A DNA stretch of 64,000 nt from Eledone cirrhosa (lineage: Eukaryota): positions 219,914,001-219,978,000 of the forward strand of contig OZ024741.1 in the NCBI GenBank assembly GCA_964016885.1, given 5' to 3'. Shown here one piece after another: positions 55,029-64,000 of the stretch; positions within the stretch are counted from its first letter, which is position 1, and each line of letters starts with the position of its first letter. The notes beneath the pieces were generated by a model. The model made no database searches. It was not told the DNA's origin and saw nothing but the letters and a program-made list of their open reading frames with translations. The translations under genes were made by a program, and so were the position numbers.

Positions 55029-56765
55029 GTGACAACCATCAGCAACAACCAACCAGCCACCAGCGAACGATATGTGGGTATGACACAAGACAAATTAAAA
55101 ACGCGTTATTACTCACATGTCGCATCTTTCCGACATCCAGAAAAAAGATTTACAACAGCTCTGGTTAGCAGAATATGGGATTTGAAAGACCAAGGTATCC
55201 AATATAAATTGGATTGGTCAATTTTGAACCAATCTAAAGAATATGCAAGAGGAACAAGAAGATGCACACTCTGCATAAGTGAAAAATATTGGATTTTACA
55301 GAACCTTAAATCACCAAAAACCTGCCTAAATAAAAAAACAGAAATTTTCACCAGTTGCCCACATATGAAATCACTCTTGCTTTCCAGCTCATATAAACTT
55401 AACTCACTTTCAGATACCTATCCTCCATAAACTCTTATTCTTCACTTTCCTTAAATTATCCTCTTTACAGACTTCTCTTTCTGATTTACTTTCAATTGTA
55501 ACTTTATTTTTAATTTTATTTTTATTTTTACTTCACATCCACCAGCAACCCCCTCCCCCCGTACTTTTCGTTTCACTTACCTAATATCTTCACATTCCAC
55601 ATTTTACTTCCCCATTTTCTTTCACTACCTGATAATACTTGTCACTTGTGTTTTCCACTCCAGATATATTCTGTTGTTTCGCAGCCGATTTTATATTTGT
55701 AATCATTTATTCATACGGCTGATTTATAATCTGTATCTACGTGTGTGAGTGTGCTTATGTGTGTATACGTTCTGTATATGTATACGAACGCCTCCGTATG
55801 TGTGTGTGCGTACGTATATATATGTGTGTGTATGTGTGTTTTTATATCTGTTTTTTTTTTATATCTATGTTTTTTACATATTTATACGTGTGTGTGTATG
55901 CGGGTGAATGTATGTGTATGTGTATGTATATGTGTGTATATGTATATGTATGTATGGGTGTGTATGTATATATGTATATATATATAGTCGCGTACGTACG
56001 TGTGGTTAGATATACATGTGGCGATATATATATATATATATATATACGTGCCTCGTGTGTATGTATGTACGCATGCATGCGCTTTTGTCTGTACGTATTT
56101 ATATGTATAAATATTTATATATATATATATGTGTGTGTACGTGCGTACCTATGTTTGTTTTCTTTTCTCTAGTGTTAATTGATTACTTTCTCATTGATTT
56201 AAAAATTTTTTTCATACGCATATATTGTTTCATTTTTATACATATATCGAGAATGACACTTCTTTTTACTATTACACTCCCTTCCCTCTTTATCTTCCGC
56301 ATATAAGTGACCGCACGTGTGTATGTGTTTATACGCGTGCTTTCATACTCGTATGTGTATTTAATACCTGTATCTGGATGCGTGTTAACTATATTATCTT
56401 ACAATTTCTTTTTCAACTCATATTATATACGTATTTGTGGTCACATATACACAAATATACTTGCCCTCATATGTGTACGCACAGATTTTCACCATACACA
56501 TGCATTTGTACATACACACATATGTACATTTGTGAGTGTATATACATACATATACACATACCATAACTATATTTCCTTACTTTTTTTTATATATCTCTTG
56601 TATTACTTTTATTTATATATTTTTTGCCCGTTAAACTCTGGCATTTCTTGAGGAGACTTTTCAAATATTTCACTATGTTTTAAATTGCCTTGTCCGACGA
56701 ACGAATGAGGACGTGTTTCGTATTCTTCTTATTCGGGAAACCTCTGGTAATGAGGTAATTATATT
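55029..56765 (+). mobile_element. Penelope-like 3' fragment: GIY-YIG C-terminus, 3' UTR and hammerhead
   Basis: RYVGMT..KTRYYSH..CTLCISEK..LNKKTEIFTSCPH; ends at (TA)n. Confidence 0.8.
56683..56760 (+). ncRNA. Hammerhead ribozyme with U4C core variant
   Basis: 11-bp stem I aattgccttgt/atgaggtaatt; core CCGACGA; stem II cgaatgagg/tcttattcg; GAAA-cc tct gg-TA. Confidence 0.72.
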
Positions 56766-56773
56766 GTATTGTT

Positions 56774-56851
<78 letters not shown>

Positions 56852-57069
56852 TTAAAATCTGAGTTTATATATATATGATGCGAGAAAAACCACAAAGCCT
56901 CCATCTCAATTCTAGTTTTGATAAGCACAAGAACAGCGAAACCGGTAAAGGAACTAAATTAATATTCTTAAAAAGTCTACTGTTGCATTTTCGATTTCAT
57001 ATTTTGTCCTTATACTTTCACTCGTGTAGGAGGGCTCGCTTTTTTCATTTTGTAAAAAAAAACCTCATC

Positions 57070-57121
<52 letters not shown>

Positions 57122-57193
57122 CGAAACATAAGTCAATTGCATGAACTCATAATACTTTATTTACTGCTTATATATATGTATGTATATATATAT

Positions 57194-57781
57194 ATATTGT
57201 TATACTTTAGGAGGGTCATGTTGCCAATAATAAACACACGCACCAGTTGCTTTCATTTAAATTTATTATAAATTAAATTCATAAATTTAGGAATTTATAA
57301 ATTTCCGGTTGGTTGGTTGGTTGTTTTCACAACCAGATGATTGTTCATATATTGTCAAAGTTCTTTCGTCACACATTCTGTGACCTCTTCAGTGACTGGA
57401 GTTTCTTTTCTCTGTTTTTGTGCCTCTCCTTTGTTCTGTCCTACGCCATCTTGTTTTTGTGTGTGTTGTGTGCTTAGTTTGCGCATGTGTTACATCCGGG
57501 TGTCTGTGTGTGTTTATATTTGTTTATTTATTTGTTTATTTACATGTTACTGGTTGGTTGTTTGTTCTATGTGTGTGTGTGTTTTCATTTTGTCCTTAAT
57601 TGTAAGTTGTGATGTTGATGTTCTATTCATGTTTTCTATTTAATTTTGAACTCCAACCAAAATTAAATAGAAAACATGAATGGAACGGCAACATCACAAC
57701 TTACAATTAAGGACAAAATGAAAACACACACACACACATAGAACAAACAACCAACATGACCCTCCCAAAGTATAACAATAT
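57194..57781. repeat. Fold-back with an internally deleted right arm; hammerhead-like motif at 57354-57396 (-)
   Basis: Inner palindrome 57553-57647 / 57659-57755. The right arm jumps to the outer terminus at a CAAC microhomology near 57752. Confidence 0.8.
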
Positions 57782-57835
57782 CGGTTTCAACACACGATTT
57801 CAGATAAAGAATCTTGCTAAACAAGTTCAGAAACG

Positions 57836-57950
<115 letters not shown>

Positions 57951-57960
57951 TATATATATG

Positions 57961-58068
<108 letters not shown>

Positions 58069-58182
58069 TATGTGTGTGTGTGTGTACAGAGAAATGATCG
58101 TAAAGCAGTGAAGTATATTTCTAATGACTTGAATTTTTATTTCATTGTTTTAACTTATATATATATGTATGTATATATATAT

Positions 58183-58665
58183 ATATTGTTATACTTTGGG
58201 AGGGTCATGTTGCCAATAAGAATCACACACACCAAGCTTTCACTTTAATTTATTATAAATTAAATTTATAAATTTCCGGTTGGTTGGTTGGTTCCACAAC
58301 CAGACGATTGTTCATATATTGTCAAACTTCTTTCGTCACACATTCTGTGACCTCTTCAGTGACTGGGTATTCTTTTCTTTGTTTTTGTGCCTCTCCTTTG
58401 TTCTGTCCTACGCCATCTTGTTTTTGTGAAGATGGCGTAGGGCAGAACAAAGGAGAGGCACAAAAACAAAGAAAAGAATCCCCAGTCACTGAAGAGGTCA
58501 CAGAATGTGTGACGAAAGAAGTTTGACAATATATGAACAATCGTCTGGAACCAACCAACCAACCAACTGGAAATTTATAAATTTAAATTATAATAAATTG
58601 AAGTGAATGCTACTAGTGCGTGTGTTTCTTATTGGCAACATGACCCTCCCAAAGTATAACAATAT
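58183..58665. repeat. 483-bp palindrome with 9-nt loop and outward hammerhead-like motifs at 58321-58363 (-) and 58485-58527 (+)
   Basis: gtca-CTGAAGA-g-gtcaca gaatg tgtgac-GAAA-gaag-TT-tgac in both arms. Confidence 0.88.
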
Positions 58666-58719
58666 CGGTTTCAACACACGTTTTCAGATAAAGAATCTTG
58701 GTAAACAAATACAGAAACG

Positions 58720-58817
<98 letters not shown>

Positions 58818-59313
58818 ATATGTATATATATATATGTGTGTGGCTGAGTGGTTAGAGAAAGATAAGGAAAAGAAAAAATATTATAACAAATTAAAATTTG
58901 AATAACGCTATTAATAAAACAAAAAATATTGAAATGTTATCTCGCACCCCTGGAATGCTAATTCACATCTCCATGTGTTGAGTACACCCCTGGTTGGGAA
59001 ACCCTGGTCTAGACAGAGAAAATGGAATTCCGTCGATTTCGACGACGAGTCTTCCAGTTTATTGATCAACGGAAAAGCCTGACTATGAAATTAACATATA
59101 AATGGATGAGTATTCCACAAATACGTTTGCTTTTAACATAGTTCCCAGGAGATTCAGCGTGACACAGTTGGTAACAAAGGTTTGCTGTTTGAATTACAGA
59201 CACAATCCATCCGATGGGTTCCAAATAGACTTCGTCTAACAAATTTCAGTCAAAAGGCATGAGTCAACCTGAGACATTGGTCAAAGATGCCATGTTAAGG
59301 ATCGAACGGGAGA

Positions 59314-59620
59314 CCTTCTTCTTCTTCTTCTTCTTCTTCTTCTTCTTCTTCTTCTTCTTCTTCTTCTTCTTCTTCTTCTTGAGAAGGTCGTGGGGGCAGA
59401 GTCACCAAACACTCCTTCCAACTTGTCCTGTCAGAAGCAAACGCCTCCAACTGATCCGACTGGATCCCTAAGCGTGACCCGCCAAGCTCGCGGATGTCAT
59501 CCAACCATCTTGTTTAGGGATCTACTCCTGGGTCTCCTGCCGGATAGTTTGGCCTGCAAAATCTGTCCAGTTCTTTCCTCAAACATTCTAACCACATGCA
59601 CATAGTATTGGAGCTGTGAT
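59314..59620 (-). mobile_element. RTE-type LINE 3' end with (GAA)n tail
   Basis: GRRPR..DDIREL..FASDRTSWKE matches the RTE C-terminal signature; (TTC)n at 59314-59380 on the plus strand. Confidence 0.65.
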
Positions 59621-59941
59621 CTCTTAATTCAGAGAAGTAGCGGCTCTACCTGAAGTGACTCTCTTATTTCTAATCTGCACCCTTTATCGAGTAACGGCAC
59701 TCTAAAGACCTTTGGAGGAACTGCATTTTGCCCGTTTTATTCACGATAGTGTTTTTTCGGTCATTACCCAAGAATAACGCATCGATGTTAGGGACGTAAT
59801 TTGAAAAAAACACCCTTCTATTTACGGGTAGACAGACAATGTGGCCTTCGTTTATATCTAGATATTCATATATATAAATAACACTGGGGAGAATAATTTA
59901 TATATATATATATATATGTATACATATATGTATATATATAT

Positions 59942-61258
59942 ATTATAAAAAAATAAACCAAAGAAGCCTTCAATACATCAAAAGTCTTTATTAGCCAACA
60001 ATGCTTCGTCCTATTAAGGACTCATCAGGGCAAGTAAAGCTACAAGAAGCACTATCGGCCAATACAAGCCAAAAACTCAGAAGAATATGGAGTATACATC
60101 TATTAAAGCTTAGGAAAGATATTAAGGAAAAGTTGGCTAAGATTAATAGTGATCAGTTACAAACATAGATATGGACCAAATAGCAAGGACGTGATTAACA
60201 TGTTGAACCCACATTGCAAATATTATATAATGCAAAAATTTGAAACACAAATGGTAATATAATGCGAGAATTACAGTACGATATAGAATATAATATAATA
60301 TAATAGATGGTGATAATAAAAAGCTTAATATATTTATATATATATATATCAATACATATACACATTAGTACAAACACAAACTAACACTTATTAAGTATTT
60401 AAATATATATATATATATTGTTTACAGTATAATATAATAAGGATAAAAATAAGAATAAAGATAAAAATAAAAATAAAATATAATATATAATTCCCTGTCA
60501 GTGTGCATAAACAGTATAGAAACATTATAATAACATTATAATAACACTATTATAATATATTGGCATCAAAAGATATACAAAATTACATCATATATATAAT
60601 TCAAGGTTAACAAATAGTAAAAAAGTTTTACACAGGGTAAGAAAAAATCATATCGAACTAAATAGTGTTGAAAAAATTGTGTTGAAAAAATATCTATACC
60701 ATTGTAACAAATACACAGAGGTCAAGTCATTATACATTGGCATAAATATTACCAAAATATCACAAAATATTACAAAATATATTTACGTGGTTGACATACA
60801 GACATATATTAATGAAATTACATGGTCAGACAAACAGCGTGTGGTAGTAAAATAATAAATAAAATAAACCGAAGATCGAAAAACAAAAACAAGTATATTT
60901 ACTTAGGTGTCACGAGCGGTTAAGTAAAAGAAAAAAGATAGAAATGTAGACCAGAGAGTTGACTAGAAAACCTTATTAAATTAATTAATATTAAAAGTAT
61001 TTAAAATACATATTTAGTCACTTCAAAATTAGCTAGGGTTTAAGTCATCAAAACCTTATAAGTTTAAGATATCTCAATAAAATTATCAAGAATAGAGTAA
61101 AATATGTTTCGTTCATTCGAATAACGTTATCAAATAAAAGGACTCTAAATAGAACTATGGTAGACCAATGGGAACAGAAAGAATTGGGAACGAAACATTG
61201 TTGACTAATAAAGACTTTTGATGTATTGAAGGCTTCTTTTGTTTATTTTTGTTATAAT
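59942..61258. mobile_element. Fold-back with 68-bp arms (59942-60009 / 61190-61258); hammerhead at 59994-60031 (-)
   Basis: gcc-CTGATGA-gtcct taat aggac-GAAG-c att g-TT-ggc. The right arm keeps the GAAAC half only. Confidence 0.72.
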
Positions 61259-61356
61259 TCTTCGGCTCTGTTTAATTACATTGAGCTATATCTTAAACTG
61301 TCATTTCTATAATATGAAGAGTGTGTTTAACTCCAACACACTCTAGTATTTTAATT

Positions 61357-61439
<83 letters not shown>

Positions 61440-61504
61440 ATTTCTCCCGAATGAAACTGTTCTAGTGCTATAGAAGCCATTTCTATGTTATATATATATA
61501 TATA

Positions 61505-61782
61505 TATATTTCGTTTCTGAATTTGTTTAGCAAGATTCTTTATCTGAAATCGTCTGTTGAAACCGATATTGTTATACTTTGGGAGGGTCATGTTGCCAAT
61601 AAGAAACACACGCACCAGTAGCTTTCACTTCAATTTATTATTATAATAAATTTATAATAAATTTATAAATTTATAAATTTCTGGTTGGTTGGTTGGTTCC
61701 ACAACCAGATAGTTGTTTATATATTATCATAGTTCTTTCGTCACACACTCTGTGACCTCTTCAGTGACTGGGGATTCCTTTT
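61505..61782 (-). mobile_element. Further copy of the 57-58 kb pLTR unit; hammerhead at 61726-61768
   Basis: gtca-CTGAAGA-g-gtcaca gagtg tgtgac-GAAA-g aa c-TA-tgat; flanked by (TA)n. Confidence 0.75.
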
Positions 61783-63194
61783 ATATATATATATATATAA
61801 TTATATAATTGTATATATAATAATATTATTATTTATATATATAATAATATATATAATAATAATATATATAATAATAATATTATTTATACTTATATATACA
61901 CTATATATAATTATAAACAGGAAATGTCAGTAATTCATTACCACCTTATTATCAGTAAGAAAAATAGCTCAATGTAAATACATCAGATGTTTTACAGAGC
62001 AGGAATATAAATTACAGAATAATCAAAATTATGTTCAAAACATTTTATTGATGACAATCGTTTCTTCCAAACTTTCGTTTGATACATCGGAGCATTAGCA
62101 AAGTTTAGACATATAATTAACTTCTTATTCCACAGAAGAATCGAAAAGATACATATATATTAGTGTTGTCATTAACAGTGTCATATTTAAAGAGTGAAGA
62201 TGGTGTGGTCAGTATCAGTGGATGCGACAAAGATTATAAAGGAATAATACAACAATTATAGATGAATTAAAGCAGAAAGTTACTCGCAAAACGAGGATAT
62301 AAGCAGTACATATGCTGGCGTATAGAAAGAGTGCAGAGGTATTAGGCATGTACAGAATAACCAGGTAAGAAACAAGCAATGGTACTAAGCATATATATCA
62401 CAGTATGGCAAAGGTATCACATAATACAAAACAGGTATAAAAGCATATTAAGCAGACAGAGATGTTTGTGTATGAAAAGTAGTTTCTATGAAGTTTATGG
62501 TGGATGTAGTGTGATAATTGTTTCGGTAATCTTCAAATGTGCATGTGTTGAGAGTATTAATATTAAGGTTTTCCTTTCCATCACATTGGGTATATTTTAG
62601 TGAATGTTTATCAGTAGTGACAACTATGGATTGTATATTGGTCCTATTACAATCTTATCCAGGGTTCGAGTTGTTCTAGAGTGATCTGTCTAACGGTTTA
62701 ATTTCAGGAAGTGAATTAGAGATCTATATTAAGAGGAGTTAATGTGAAAGGGGAGGTAATTTGCGATTAATTTGTATATAATAGAAAAAATGTATAGTTG
62801 TTTACAACTGCAATTAGTTAAATTCCATGTGTTAATATACAATACATTATGTTATAAGTGAATCCTTTTATATAATGCTATTTATTTATATATTTAATTT
62901 TAAATACAATCTTTTTTCCTATACTACATTTAAGGTCTCATTTTATTACTATCTACCCATATATTAATCAAATGAATAAAATATTAGTAAGCTATAGTAG
63001 TTATATTAAATGGTGGTAACTTTAAGTTTATTCCTAAGAGTTATTGTAGGGTATAAGATTTGAGATAAATAGGAGGTAAGTAGAGGAATGAGCTGATCAT
63101 AGAATGTGATGCTGTGGGGGGTGATTATATGCTGCTAAAATCTAGAGGTGAAGTGTTAATGGTGGTGAGGAATCCAGATCTGACATTGTTATAT

Positions 63195-64000
63195 AGTAGC
63201 AGCTAGGTTTAAAGTTGTGGAAAGAGTGTCGGTGGTAGTGTTGGCACATGGAAAAAATTTCTAATTTTCTATTTAAGAGGTTTAGCTTAGAATAGATTAT
63301 AGTGCGGGTCTCTAGAAGACAGAGGTTACATAATTTATCCGGTGGTTTATACGATGCGGCCTTATCTATTACTTCTCATTGAAGTGTATATGGTCTATTC
63401 TTAGTTTTCAGAGAGTGTATGTAGTTAGATAAAGAAGTGGAGTTGGCTAGATTGCGATTTTTAAAAGTGTGGAGATGTGAGTTATATCTCGACTTGAAGC
63501 AGTTCGAAGTAGAACCGATATATGTTTTGAAGAGTTGTTTGTATTGACTGTGCATGAGTAAATGATGTCTTTGATTAAGCAATTTTTACCTAAGGGGCAA
63601 GTTCTATTTATTCTACAGTTACAGTTATTCTGGTTGTTTACTTGCTGGTTAATATGGCGTGTAGATGCATGGTTGTTAGGGATAGCATTAGGGTAATGAT
63701 GATTATCATTACCATTGTTATTAATTTCCATACTATTATTGCTACTAGAATTCTCTGGTACTATGTTGTTATGTAAGTTCACCCCCTGTTGCGATTTAAT
63801 TAGTTGGAAATAATTATTAATCTTCCTTTTATTACTACTAGCTATATGGTACGTGATGTTAGGTGTGGTAGAGTAAGAGATTTTAATGGTATTTTTATTG
63901 ATAAGATTATGGTATTTCTGGCCGACTGGGAAGTTTTTTCCTAAGATTGAGAAGAAAGCCTTAGGCAAGTTGGTAGAGACGTTTAGATTGAAAGGGGGAT
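63195..64000 (-). pseudogene. Penelope-like element C-terminus (linker and GIY-YIG), frameshifted, cut by window edge
   Basis: IKISYSTTPNI, Asn-rich linker, CNCRINRTCPLGKNC, YIGSTSNCFKSRYNSH, CNLCLLE. Confidence 0.85.

Noticed and set aside
56913-56956. TTGATAA-gc..gc-GAAAC-CG-GTA hammerhead-like remnant (a similar truncated motif lies near 61436-61462)
   Set aside because: Two core mismatches and a broken stem I; too degenerate to call.

Overview
AT-rich, microsatellite-dense eukaryotic DNA. The tRNA-derived SINE families and overall repeat landscape suggest an octopod cephalopod (inference, not verified). Most of the window is decayed mobile DNA: two Tx1/L1-clade LINEs, four R4/Dong-type RLE LINEs, RTE and CRE fragments, several Neptune-like Penelope (RT + GIY-YIG) elements, a DD37D maT transposon, mariner derivatives, non-autonomous Helitrons and many SINEs. 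One apparent host coding exon stands out (about 29235-33248): it encodes a blocky polyampholyte of Asp/Glu-Cys tandem repeats alternating with Lys/His-rich blocks. The main hidden structure is a set of about 15 minimal type-I hammerhead ribozyme motifs. Many lie in the arms of at least 8 fold-back palindromes, face outward and abut (TA)n tracts. The dominant SINE also appears to share its 3' tail and (ATT)n target with the Tx1 LINE. All coordinates and alignments were read by eye, so boundaries are approximate.
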